From NCBI GenBank assembly GCA_963766715.1, contig CAVYBH010000008.1:512001-576000 (forward strand): a stretch of 64,000 bases of DNA. Direction: 5' to 3'. The DNA comes from an uncultured delta proteobacterium. GTDB lineage: Bacteria; Myxococcota; Myxococcia; Myxococcales; Anaeromyxobacteraceae. The position numbers and the translations under genes were made by a program. The notes below the pieces were generated by a model that was not told where the DNA came from, did not search any database, and saw nothing but the letters and a program-made list of their open reading frames with translations. Position 1 is the first letter of the stretch; every line of letters starts with the position of its first letter. This document shows, one piece after another, positions 1-10,228 of the stretch.

Positions 1-63
1 GACGTAGGTCCTGCACGGGGCGCCGCGTGGCGTCCCCGGGGCCCGCATCGTAGAGTGCCGCCG

Positions 64-1065
64 ATGCGCCGCCCGGTCCTCCTCGCCGCGACCCTGCTGC
101 TCTCCGCCGCCTGCAGCCGCGGGGATGCCTCCCACGGCCAGGCCCCCGCGGCGCCGAAGGGGCCGGCCCCGTTCGACTGGGATCGCCCGGCCACCGCGCT
201 GCGGATGACGCCCGACGACGCGGCCGCGCGCATCGGGTCGTTCGACTGGGCCGGCGACGTCTCCTGGTCGGTGGCCCGCGGCGACCGGAAGCTCGCCGCC
301 TCGGAGCACCACGCCGTCCGGCAGCTGGCCTCCGGCGAGTTCGCCGCCGAGGGGACGGTGGACCCCGGGCGCGGACCGGGCTCGGAGAGCGGGAAGCGCG
401 TGCTGTGGACGAAGGGGATGAGCTATGCCCGCTCCCTCTACCCGGCCGGCGGCGCCTGGCGCGAGCGCCCCGACGATCACGGGGTGGGCGCGCGGCGCTT
501 CCGCGACGAGAGCTTCCTCCTCGCCGGGGAGGTCGCGCGGATGATCGGCCCGGGTCTCACGGCGTCGCCGGCGGGAACCGGCGCGGTGCTGGGCCGCCCG
601 GCCCGGCGCTTCGCGCTCGCCCTCGATCGCGGACGGTTCGAGGCGGGCCCGTCGCGCCTCTCGGCCGAGCCGCCCCCGGGCGGCCCCGACCCCGACACGA
701 AGCTCCGGCTCGCGCTGCTCGACGGGCGCGAGCCCATCGACGCCTCGGGCGAGATGCTCCTCGACGCGGCCACCGGCGCCCCGCTCTCGATCCGCCTCTT
801 CGCGCTCTTCGGCGTGAAGGGGGATCCGGACGCCCGGGTGCGCGTGGAGGTGGAGGGGAAGGTCACCGCGCTGGGCGGCGAGGTGGCCGCCATCGAGCCC
901 CCGGCCAAGCTGCTCCCCGACGAGCGCAGGCCGAAGGGCGTGGCGCGCGCGCTCGAGAAGGCCGGCCTCCGGAAGCGCAAGGGCGCCGGCGCGGAGACCC
1001 CGGAGCCGGAGGGCGAGCCGCCCGCCGAGCCGGAGGACGCGGGCGAGGCGGACGCCGAGGAGTAG
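64..1065 (+). CDS. Hypothetical lipoprotein
   Basis: Signal peptide with lipobox (MRRPVLLAATLLLSAAC); acidic C-terminal tail; TAGAGT at 51-56 lies 7 nt before ATG 64. Confidence 0.7.
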   Translation: MRRPVLLAATLLLSAACSRGDASHGQAPAAPKGPAPFDWDRPATALRMTPDDAAARIGSFDWAGDVSWSVARGDRKLAASEHHAVRQLASGEFAAEGTVDPGRGPGSESGKRVLWTKGMSYARSLYPAGGAWRERPDDHGVGARRFRDESFLLAGEVARMIGPGLTASPAGTGAVLGRPARRFALALDRGRFEAGPSRLSAEPPPGGPDPDTKLRLALLDGREPIDASGEMLLDAATGAPLSIRLFALFGVKGDPDARVRVEVEGKVTALGGEVAAIEPPAKLLPDERRPKGVARALEKAGLRKRKGAGAETPEPEGEPPAEPEDAGEADAEE

Positions 1066-1083
1066 GACGCCCCGGCGCCGGGT

Positions 1084-1527
1084 TCACCCTCGGTGCCGGC
1101 GCCACTCCACCATCAGGCAGCGGTCCTGCACCACCTGGATCCCGGCCCGGGCCAGCGCCTCGGCCGCGGCGTCGTTGCGGATGCCCAGCTGGAACCAGAC
1201 GGCCCGGGGCTTCTTCGCGATCAGGTCGGGCAGGTGTGCGGGGATGTCGGAGGGCTTCCGGAACACGTCGACGATGTCCACCGTCCCGGGGACATCCGCC
1301 ACCTTCCTGTACACCTTCCGTCCCAGGATCTCGGTCGCCTCCGGGTAGTAGACGGGGACCGGGATCACCTCGCCGCCGTGATCGGCCACGTACCTCGCCA
1401 CGTAGAACGCGGCCTGATCGGCCTGCGCCTCGGTCTTCACCCCGAGTACCGCCACCCGCCTCGCCTCGCGGAGCAGCCCGCCGATGGCGGCGTCGTCGGT
1501 CAGGAGGTTTTCCTTCCAGTCGGCCAT
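1084..1527 (-). CDS. CoA-binding protein (YccU-like)
   Basis: VAVLG, VDIVDVFR, VWFQLGIRN and VVQDRC motifs; SD GAGGAG before the ATG. Confidence 0.85.
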   Translation of the reverse strand: MADWKENLLTDDAAIGGLLREARRVAVLGVKTEAQADQAAFYVARYVADHGGEVIPVPVYYPEATEILGRKVYRKVADVPGTVDIVDVFRKPSDIPAHLPDLIAKKPRAVWFQLGIRNDAAAEALARAGIQVVQDRCLMVEWRRHRG

Positions 1528-1588
1528 GTCGTCTCCTCTCGCTCCCTGGGAGCCTCTAGCGGGCCGGAGGGGGCGCCGCGCCCGAAAA

Positions 1589-1617
1589 TTGGACAAGTGT
1601 CCGCAGCTATCTAGGAT
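1589..1617 (+). promoter_or_regulatory. Putative sigma70 promoter for the 1625 gene, probably leaderless
   Basis: TTGGAC-17-TAGGAT, ending 7 nt before ATG 1625; overlaps inverted repeat GGACA-AG-TGTCC (1591-1602). Confidence 0.5.
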
Positions 1618-1624
1618 TTCAGTC

Positions 1625-1954
1625 ATGACGAAGAAGAAGACCGCCGAGTCCACCGTCACCGAGTCCTCCGCGCAGGCCGTGCTTCGCCGCCGCGGCGCGA
1701 CCGGGCTCGCCGCCGACGAGGAGAAGGTGCTGCGCATGCGGCTGGGCGCCTCGCTCCCCCGGAAGGGCGAGATCGAGTGGATGGGCAGCGCCGACGAGGA
1801 GCTGGCCATCGAGCTCCGCGCCATCGAGATCGAGACCTATCTGAAGCTGCGCGCCCACCAGACGCGCCGCGTCGTGGCCGTCGCGCCGCCGAGCACCTCG
1901 CGGACGAAGGACAAGATCGTCCGGGCGCTCCGCCGCAAGGGCCCGACCCGCTAG
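1625..1954 (+). CDS. Small protein with a degenerate sigma70 region-4-like segment
   Basis: LAADEEKVLRMRLG...LRAIE...KLR aligns without gaps to RpoD-type region 4 as recalled from memory. Confidence 0.7.
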   Translation: MTKKKTAESTVTESSAQAVLRRRGATGLAADEEKVLRMRLGASLPRKGEIEWMGSADEELAIELRAIEIETYLKLRAHQTRRVVAVAPPSTSRTKDKIVRALRRKGPTR

Positions 1955-3320
1955 CCCCCGCCCAGCCGGGCCACGAGCGCCTCCGCCGCGAACGCGAGCG
2001 GGGGCCTCTCCTTTTCGGGGCCCGGGCTCCCGGCCGCGAGCCGGCCGGCCAGCGCCTCCGCCGTGCGCGGGTTGCGCCAGTAGTCCTCGTCGAAGCGGTT
2101 CCGCAGGTCGGCCTGGATCTGCGCCGCCCAGGCCGCGCCGGCCAGCGCGGACCGGTGCCCCTCGAGGTCGGCGTCGCGGGCGGCGAGCCCGTCGGGCCAG
2201 GAGGCGAGCGCGGCGCGCGACATGGCCTCCCGGTGGGCCTCGCGCCAGGCGCGTCCGCTCGTCCCCCGCTCCACCTCGGCGGCCACCCGCAGCGCCGCGG
2301 CCCGGGCCCGGAGCTGGAAGAGGAGGCGCAGCGAGAGGCGCCGGATCACGTCCTTCCCGCCTCTTGCGATCGACACCGGCCGCCCGCTCCAGGAAGCGCG
2401 GCTCGAGGAGGAGGAGCGCGCCCAGCGCGCCGGCGGTGGCGGGGAGCGCGGGGTCGCGCGTCGACGGGCGCGAGGTGGCGGCGGCCGCGGCGCGCCCGGC
2501 GGCGGCGAGGAGGTCGAGCCAGTCGGCTGCGCCGCCCTGCCTCCGCAGCGAGAGCCGTCCCTCGAAGGCGTGCGCCCCGGGCCACTTCGCGGCGCGTGCA
2601 CCGCCGTCGAGCCGGCACGCGACGCACGTCGATCCCGAGCCCGTCGAACCCCTCCAGCACCACCTGCGAGAGCGGCGCGGGCCGGAACAGGCCGTCCAGG
2701 TCGCGGAAGGCGAGCAGGTGGAGGAGCCCGGTCCGGTCGAGGTCGCCCCGGGGCGGCAGCTCGACCCCGTCGCGCCGCGCCAGCCACTCGAGCACGTCCC
2801 GGTAGCCTCCCTCGGAGGCCGCGAGCACGTCGTCGGCCTCCACCACGTCGTCCCAGGGCGGGGTGAGCCCCAGCGAGGCGCGGACCCGGGCGCGCGCCTC
2901 GGCCGCCGCCTCCCGCGGCGCGGAGCAGGCGCCGGCCGCCTCGGCGATGGCGCGGCCCAGCGCGCGGCGGCGCTCCGGATCCCGCTCGTGGATCCCCGCC
3001 AGCTCCGCGTCGGCGAGGCCGATCGGGCCGTCCGGGCCGTTCCCGGTGGCCTCCGAGTCGGCGGCCCGCCAGGCCTCCTCGTCGGAGGCGGCCGCCCGCT
3101 CGGCGGCGAGCGAGGCGACCCGCGCGGCGAGCTCCTTCTGCCCGCCCTCCCGGAGCTCGACGACGGTCTCGCGGTGCGCGGCCGGTCCGTGGGCCTCGAA
3201 CACGGCGCAGAGCTCCGGGCGGCGGACCAGCCCGGCCACGTGCCGGTACCGCTCCTCGGAGAGCGCGCGGGAGAGGGCGTCCACGCCTTCCCTCACCTGC
3301 TCGAGCCGGTCGTCGTCCAT
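1951..3320 (-). CDS. M3/oligoendopeptidase-like protein, probably catalytically inactive; indels near 2615 and 2357
   Basis: Reconstructed RLDGGARAAKWPGA motif and C-terminal RFDEDYWRNP; the expected HExxH position reads AAAGR. Confidence 0.55.
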
Positions 3321-3339
3321 GGACGCCATCATAGGCGGC

Positions 3340-3367
3340 TTGACACCCTCCGCTGCCCGATTACCTT
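3340..3367 (+). promoter_or_regulatory. Putative sigma70 promoter for the FmdB-RluA genes
   Basis: TTGACA-16-TACCTT. Confidence 0.55.
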
Positions 3368-3376
3368 CCCGGCTCC

Positions 3377-3613
3377 ATGCCCATCTACGAGTACGACTGC
3401 CCGAAGTGCGGGCGCTTCGACACCCTCCAGAAGATGTCGGCGCCGCCGCTCCGCCGGCACGAGGCCTGCGGCTCGCCGGTGAAGAAGGTCATGAGCGCCG
3501 GGGCCTTCGCCCTGAAGGGCTCGGGCTTCCACGCCACCGACTACAAGAAGGCCCCCGCCTGCGCCGCCCCCAGGGGCGCGGGATGCGCGGGCTGCCCCTC
3601 GGCCGAGGCCTGA
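3377..3613 (+). CDS. FmdB-family zinc-ribbon protein
   Basis: MPIYEYDCPKCG...F.LKGSGF..TDY signature. Confidence 0.85.
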   Translation: MPIYEYDCPKCGRFDTLQKMSAPPLRRHEACGSPVKKVMSAGAFALKGSGFHATDYKKAPACAAPRGAGCAGCPSAEA

Positions 3614-3629
3614 TGGCCCGGGCCGGGCG

Positions 3630-4532
3630 ATGAAGCGGCTCGCCCTCGCGGCCGGCCCCTCCGACGACGGCGAGCGGATCGACCGCTTCATCGCGGCGCG
3701 CGGCGGCATCTCCCGCGGGGAGGCCCGTCGCGCCCTCGAGCGCGGCGGCGTCTTCCTCGACGGGAAGCGCTGCAAGGTCTCCGGCCGCATCCTCCACGCC
3801 GGCCAGAAGGTCACGGTCAACCTGGAGGAGGCGGGCCGGGGCGCGGGCGCGGCCGCGCCCCTGGATCGCTCGCGCCTCCTCTTCGCCGACGAGCAGATCG
3901 CGGTCGTCGACAAGCCGGCCGGCATCCCGGCGCAGCCCACCCTGACCACCGACCGCGGCCACCTGCCGGAGCTGGTCTCGGCGCTGACCGGGTCGACGGT
4001 GATCCTCGTCCACCGGCTCGACCGGGAGACGAGCGGCGTCACCGTGCTCGCGCGCACCCCCGGCGCAGCCCGGACCCTCGCCGACGCCTTCCGCGACGGC
4101 TCCCCGGAGAAGACCTACCTGGCCCTCTGCGCCCGCGCGCCCGAGCCGCCGGAGGGGCGCGTCGACGCGCCGCTCGGCAAGGACCCGCGCCACCCGGGGC
4201 GCCGCGCGGTCCTGCCCGACGGGCAGGCCGCCGCCACCCGCTACCGGACGCTCGCGGTGGGTCCCGGGGGAGCGGCGCTCGTCCAGGCCTGGCCGGAGAC
4301 CGGCCGCACCCACCAGATCCGCGTCCACCTCGCCCACCTCGGGGCGCCGCTGCTCGGCGACGCCCGCTACGGCGGCCCGCGGATGGTGGGCGCCCTCGCC
4401 ATCCCGCGGGTGATGCTCCACGCCCTGCGGCTCGAGCTCGGCCACCCCGTCACCGGCGCCCGCATGGCCTTCGAGGCGCCCGTCCCGGACGACTTCGCCG
4501 CCGCGCGGGACGCCCTCGGCATCCCGGCCTGA
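3630..4532 (+). CDS. RluA/RluD-family pseudouridine synthase with S4 domain
   Basis: VVDKPAG, catalytic HRLDRETSG, ETGRTHQIRVHL. Confidence 0.92.
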   Translation: MKRLALAAGPSDDGERIDRFIAARGGISRGEARRALERGGVFLDGKRCKVSGRILHAGQKVTVNLEEAGRGAGAAAPLDRSRLLFADEQIAVVDKPAGIPAQPTLTTDRGHLPELVSALTGSTVILVHRLDRETSGVTVLARTPGAARTLADAFRDGSPEKTYLALCARAPEPPEGRVDAPLGKDPRHPGRRAVLPDGQAAATRYRTLAVGPGGAALVQAWPETGRTHQIRVHLAHLGAPLLGDARYGGPRMVGALAIPRVMLHALRLELGHPVTGARMAFEAPVPDDFAAARDALGIPA

Positions 4533-4623
4533 GCGCCCTTCCGCCGGGTGGAATCCGGCCAGGAAACGTGCTTTCTTCCCGCCCCGTGGCCGGCCCCAGC
4601 CGGTCCGGGAGGATCCCCAGGCG

Positions 4624-6681
4624 ATGAACGACACGACATCCGGCGCCACCGGCTTCAAGCCCTACGTCCCCGCCGACAAGATCATCCCCGAGTTCACCGT
4701 CAAGGCGGTGGTCACCGGCGCGCTCTTCGGCATCCTCTTCGGCGCCTCCACCGTCTACCTGGCGCTCAAGGCCGGCCTGACCGTCTCGGCCTCGATCCCC
4801 ATCGCGGTCATCGCCATCTCGCTCGGCCGCAAGCTCCTCAAGACCACCATCCTCGAGAACAACATCATCCAGACCGCCGGCTCGGCGGGCGAGTCGATCG
4901 CCGCGGGCGTGGTCTTCACCCTGCCCGGCTTCCTCTTCCTCTCGGCCGGGGCGGACGGCACCTCGGTGGGCGCCGGCTACTTCAACTACCCCACCCTGTT
5001 CACCCTCTCGCTGGTGGGCGGCATCCTCGGCGTCCTCATGATGATCCCGCTGCGGCGCTCGCTCATCGTGAAGGAGCACGAGGAGCTGAAGTACCCGGAG
5101 GGCGCGGCCTGCGCGTCGGTGCTCATCGCCGGCGAGAAGGGCGGCGACTTCGCCAAGACCGCCTTCCAGGGCGTGGGCATCGCGGTGGCCTACGCCATCC
5201 TCCAGAAGGTGTTCCACCTCATCGCCGAGACCCCGGCCTGGGTCACCTCCCGCACCAACAAGTGGCTGCCCAACGCCACGGTGAACGGGGAGATCACGCC
5301 GGAGTACCTGGGCGTGGGCTACATCATCGGCCCCAAGATCGCCGGCGTGCTGGTGGCCGGCGGCGTGCTCGCCTGGCTCGGGCTCATCCCGCTCCTCGGC
5401 TTCCTGGTGCCGGGCGACATGGTCTACGCCCAGCTCGTGAAGCTCGGCAACAACCCGGCCGGCTTCGGCTGGGACCCCGCCACCCACACCTTCGCCAACA
5501 CCGCCAACGCCATCTACCGGGCCTACGTGCGCCAGATCGGCGCCGGCGCGGTGGCGGCCGGCGGCTTCATCACGCTCGGGAAGACCCTGCCCACCATCTA
5601 CACCTCGCTCCGCGACAGCATCCGGTCGCTCACCGGCGACAAGGGCGGGCCGGTCGCGATCCGCACCGAGCGCGACCTGTCCTTCGTCACGGTGATCGTG
5701 GGCAGCATCGGCCTCGTGGTGGTGCTGGTGGCGCTCCCCTTCGTCCCCGGGAACACCCTCCTCAACAAGATCCTGGTGGCCCTGCTGGTCATCGTCTTCG
5801 GCTTCATCTTCGTGACCGTGTCGTCGCGCATCGTCGGCCTCATCGGCTCCTCGTCGAACCCCATCTCCGGCATGACCATCGCCACGCTCATGGCCACCGC
5901 CATGGTCTTCGTGGGGATCGGCTGGACCGGCTCGGCCTACGAGCCCATGGCGCTCGTGGTGGGCGGCATGGTCTGCATCGCCGCCGCCAACGCCGGCGCC
6001 ACCTCCCAGGACCTCAAGACCGGCTACCTCATCGGCGCCACGCCGCGCGCGCAGCAGATCGCCCTCTTCGTCGGGGCCATCGCGTCGGCCGTCGTCATCG
6101 GCCTCACCGTGAAGGTGCTCGACACGCCCAGCGCCGACCAGCTCGCCAAGGGGATCACGCACGCCATCGGCACCGAGAAGTTCCCGGCCCCGCAGGGCAC
6201 GCTGATGGCGACCCTGATCAAGGGGCTGCTCTCGCTCAACCTGGACTGGGTCTACGTGCTGGTGGGCGTCTTCTTCTCCATCACCATGGAGCTGTGCGGC
6301 GTGAAGGCCCTCTCCTTCGCGGTCGGCCTCTACCTGCCCCTCTCCACCACGCTCCCCATCTTCGCCGGCGGCGTGGTGAAGGGGCTGTCCGACTGGGCCA
6401 CCAGCCGCAAGGGCGGCCAGGTCGAGGACTCCGAGCTCGGCGGCGGGTCCCTCATGGCGACGGGGCTCGTGGCCGGCGGCGCGCTCACCGGCGTGGTGGT
6501 GGCTTTGCTCCAGGTGAACGAGGGGGTGGAGAGCTTCCTGGCCACCCGGCTCAACCTGGAGCCGGCGCTCACCCGGGCGCTGGGCCACGGCGGATACGCG
6601 CTGCTCGGCGTCCTGGCCTTCGCGGCGCTGGGACTCATGCTCTTCCGCACGTCGATGAAATCGCAGGCGAAGGTCGACTGA
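4624..6681 (+). CDS. OPT-family oligopeptide transporter
   Basis: LENNIIQT, LKYPEG, GSSSNPISG, SQDLKTG, PAPQG motifs; many transmembrane helices. Confidence 0.92.
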   Translation: MNDTTSGATGFKPYVPADKIIPEFTVKAVVTGALFGILFGASTVYLALKAGLTVSASIPIAVIAISLGRKLLKTTILENNIIQTAGSAGESIAAGVVFTLPGFLFLSAGADGTSVGAGYFNYPTLFTLSLVGGILGVLMMIPLRRSLIVKEHEELKYPEGAACASVLIAGEKGGDFAKTAFQGVGIAVAYAILQKVFHLIAETPAWVTSRTNKWLPNATVNGEITPEYLGVGYIIGPKIAGVLVAGGVLAWLGLIPLLGFLVPGDMVYAQLVKLGNNPAGFGWDPATHTFANTANAIYRAYVRQIGAGAVAAGGFITLGKTLPTIYTSLRDSIRSLTGDKGGPVAIRTERDLSFVTVIVGSIGLVVVLVALPFVPGNTLLNKILVALLVIVFGFIFVTVSSRIVGLIGSSSNPISGMTIATLMATAMVFVGIGWTGSAYEPMALVVGGMVCIAAANAGATSQDLKTGYLIGATPRAQQIALFVGAIASAVVIGLTVKVLDTPSADQLAKGITHAIGTEKFPAPQGTLMATLIKGLLSLNLDWVYVLVGVFFSITMELCGVKALSFAVGLYLPLSTTLPIFAGGVVKGLSDWATSRKGGQVEDSELGGGSLMATGLVAGGALTGVVVALLQVNEGVESFLATRLNLEPALTRALGHGGYALLGVLAFAALGLMLFRTSMKSQAKVD

Positions 6682-6753
6682 CCCGGGAGTCGGCCCTCCG
6701 GGGCCCGTCACATCCGGCCGGCAGGCGCCTCCTCCCTTGCAAGGGGGGACGGC

Positions 6754-6924
6754 ATGATCCCGGACGGCTCACGAATACGCTGGTCGCTGGATCGCGCGCT
6801 CCGCTCGCTGTGCCGGTGCGACGGGCTGAAGGATCTGGCCGTCGTGGCCGCGCTCCTCGTCATCACCGGCGCCTTCGCCGTCCGCGTCGCCGGGAGCGCC
6901 CGCGCGGTCAATTCCTTCTTGTGA
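6754..6924 (+). CDS. Putative 56-aa single-transmembrane micropeptide (absent from the ORF track)
   Basis: MIPDGSRIRWSLDRALRSLCRCDGLKDLAVVAALLVITGAFAVRVAGSARAVNSFL; purine-rich AAGGGGGG upstream; similar to the next peptide. Confidence 0.5.
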   Translation: MIPDGSRIRWSLDRALRSLCRCDGLKDLAVVAALLVITGAFAVRVAGSARAVNSFL

Positions 6925-7013
6925 CCCATGCGGGATCCGTCACGGTGAAATTCCTCGAGCCTCCATCCGTGAAGGAAGGGACCTGGCCCCGGAATCCCGG
7001 GAAGGAGAACGCC

Positions 7014-7142
7014 ATGAACGGCCAACGAGAAACCTCCCTTCACCTCCGTCCGCCGCGAGGCCACGCGCTCCGCGACGTCGCCCTCTTCGCCGGCCTCCTG
7101 GTCGTGATCGCCGCCTTCCTGGCGCACTCGGTCCGGTTCTGA
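7014..7142 (+). CDS. Putative 42-aa single-transmembrane micropeptide
   Basis: SD AAGGAG; MNGQRETSLHLRPPRGHALRDVALFAGLLVVIAAFLAHSVRF. Confidence 0.55.
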   Translation: MNGQRETSLHLRPPRGHALRDVALFAGLLVVIAAFLAHSVRF

Positions 7143-7206
7143 CACCCGCCGCCCCGTGATGCAGGGCCCTGTGCGCGCGGCCCCGTTCGCCGTACCATCC
7201 GGTGGC

Positions 7207-10200
7207 GTGTCGCCCACCGAACGACCTCCTCCCCCGGAAGGTTCACCCGAGACGCATCCGCGCCCCGGGTCGATGTCGGCCCTCCTCGAGGAGCTGGCCG
7301 AGGCGCCGGAGGTGCGCCCCGGCTCGGGCATCGGGCCGGGCACGGTGATCGGCGGCCGGTTCGAGGTGCTCCGCGAGCTGGGCCGGGGCGGCTTCGGCGT
7401 GGTCTTCGAGGCGCGCGACCGGGAGCTCGGGCGGCTGGTCGCGGTCAAGGTGGTCCGCCCCCGCCGCGGCGTCGACCCGGCCATGCTGCGCGCCGAGGCG
7501 GAGGCGGCCGCGCAGCTCCATCATCCGAACATCGTCACCGTCCACGACCTGGGGAGCGCCAGCGGCGAGGGCTGGCTGGTGCTCGAGCTCCTCCGCGGCG
7601 AGACGCTCGAGGAGCGGCTGCGGAGAGGGCACGTTCCGCCCGCCGAGGCGCTCCGGGTCGCGACCGAGATCGCCCGCGGCCTCGCCCACGCCCACCACGC
7701 CGGCGTGGTGCACCGGGACCTCAAGCCGTCGAACGTCTTCGTCTGCGACGACGGCGCGGTGAAGATCCTCGACTTCGGGCTCTCCCGGGTCTTCGGCTCG
7801 GGCAGCGGGCCGGAGGGCGGGACCCCGGCCTACATGGCCCCGGAGCAGTGGCGGCGGGAGGTCGAGGACGAGCGCGCCGACGTCTTCGCGCTCGGCGTCA
7901 TGCTCCACGAGATGCTCGCGGGCCAGCGGCCCTTCGCGGTCGAGTCCGGGCGGAGCACCGCGCTCGACGACGGGCCGATCCCGGAGCTGCCGGCGCGCGC
8001 CGCCCCGAGGCAGGTGCGGTCGCTGGTCCGGCGCTCCCTGTCCCGCTCCCGCGAGGACCGCCCGAAGGACGGCGCCGCGGTGCTCGAGACGCTGCTCGAC
8101 CAGCGGACCGCGGCCGAGGCCGGGCGGAACCGCAGGAGGGTGGTCCTCGCCGGCGCGCTGGTGGGGCTCGTCGCGCTCGGCGCCCTCCTCGCCTGGCGCG
8201 CCCAGCACCCGCGGGACCTCGCGCCCGGGGAGCGGATCCCGGTGGCGGTGGCCGACTTCCAGAACGGAACCTCCGACCCCGAGCTGAACGGCCTGTCGGG
8301 GATGCTCACCACCTCCCTCGAGCAGTCGAAGCGGCTCACGGTGCTCACCCGCTCGCGGCTGGCCGACCTGATCCGGCAGACCGGCAAGGACGTCCCGGAG
8401 CGGATCGACGAGTCGCTGGCCCGGGAGGTGGGCAAGGCCGCGGGGGTGAAGGCCCTGCTCCTCGCCACGGTGCACCGCTTCGACGACCTCTACCTCATCG
8501 AGATGCGGGCGCTCGATCCGGCCACCAACGAGTACCTCTTCACCCTCAAGGCGGACGGGAAGGGGAAGGCCAGCATCCCGGGGATGATCGACCGGCTGTC
8601 GGCGCAGACCCGGGAGCGGCTGCGCGAGCGACCCGCCGATCTCGCCGCCGGCCGCGGCGTGGCGGACGTCACCACCGCCAACCTGGCGGCCTACGAGCAC
8701 TACTTCAAGGCCCGTCAGGCGATGGACCTCCAGCACCCCGACGCCGCCATCGTGGAGCTCGACGCCGCGCTGAAGCTCGACCCCAGGTTCGCGCTCGCGC
8801 AGTACCAGCGGGCCGTGGTCGACGCCTGGACGCCGCTCTGGACCAAGGCCAGCGGCACCGCGGACGAGGCGAGCCGGCGGACCATGCAGGAGCATCTCGC
8901 CAGCGCCTTGAAGCTCGCCGACCGCCTGCCGGAGAAGGAGCGGCTGGCGCTGCTCGGCTGGCAGGCCACGCTCGACCGGCGGACCGAGGACGCGCTGCGG
9001 CTGCGCGACCAGGCGGCGGAGGCGTACCCGCAGGACAAGGAGGCGGTCTTCTGGGCCGGCGACGTCCGCTTCCACGAGGGCAAGTTCGAGGAGTCGATCC
9101 CCTACTTCGAGCGGGCGCTGAAGCTCGACCCGAGGTACGTCCTGCCGCTCGATCACCTGGCGCGGGCGTACGAGTTCCTGGGGATGCCCGAGCAGCAGCT
9201 CGAGGCGTCGCGAAAGTGGATCGAGGCGTCCCAGGCCGCCGACGCCCACCGGAGCGCCGGCCGGGCGCTCCTCTCCTTCGACCGGCGGGAGGAGACGGAG
9301 CTGGCGTTCCGGCGCGCCTTCGAGATCGACGGAAGGCTGTGGCCCTCCCCCGCCGTCGGATACTGGCTGATGTACCAGGGGCGCCCCCACGACGCGGAGG
9401 CCCTGGCCCGCGCCGGGCTCAAGGCGATCGCCGCACGCCCCTCCCCGGTGCCCGACCCCCACGGCGAGCCGTACGCCGAGGAGGGTGTCGTACGTGCGGC
9501 TGCTCGTGAGCGCGCTCGGCGAGCAGGGGCGGCTGCGCGATGCGCAGGCGGTCGTCGACGGCCTCCTGGAGGCGGACGCGCCGGAGACCGACGTGGCCAA
9601 GGTCCGGTTCGGCTTCGCGACCGGTACGCGCTCTCTCGCGCAGGTCCAGCAGGCCGTGACGGACGCCGAACGGCTCGGGCTCCTCAAGAGCGCCAAGGCG
9701 CTCGTGAGCGCGGCGATCTCGCTGCTCGTGGTGGGCCAGCCGGCCGCCGCGGCCTCGCTCCTCGAGCGTGCACGGGCGGCTCCGGACTGGGCGGAGGTCG
9801 AGCCCTCCCAGCTGCAGCTGCAGGAGGCCCTCTCGGCCTGGCGCGCGGGGCGGCTCGACGAGGCGGAGGCCGGGCTCCGCGCCTTCGCGGAGGGCGCCGG
9901 GGTGAACCGCCAGTACACCGGCCAGAACGTCCTGGGAGAGTTCCTGATCGGCCGCGGGAAGGACGCCGAGGCCGTGGCGGCGCTCGAGAAGGCCCGCGGC
10001 ATGCGGTGGTCCGGGGCCGCCGAGGGGCGCCCCTGGTTCGACCCGAACGCGCTCTTCCTGCTCGCCGGGGCCTACGAGCGGCTCGGCGAAAAGCAGAAGG
10101 CCCGCGAACGGGTCGACGAGCTCCTCAAGCTCTGGCAGCGCGCCGACCCGGACCTGCCACGCCTCGCGGAGGCGCGGGCGATGAAGAAGCGGCTCGCCCC

Positions 10201-10228
10201 CCGGACCGCTCAGGCCACGCAGCGGTAG
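7207..10228 (+). CDS. Hanks-type Ser/Thr kinase with a transmembrane helix and TPR repeats; indel near 9485
   Basis: LGRGGFG, VAVK, HRDLKPSN, DFG, GTPAYMAPE; TPR-like helices continue in the 9485-10228 frame. Confidence 0.88.
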
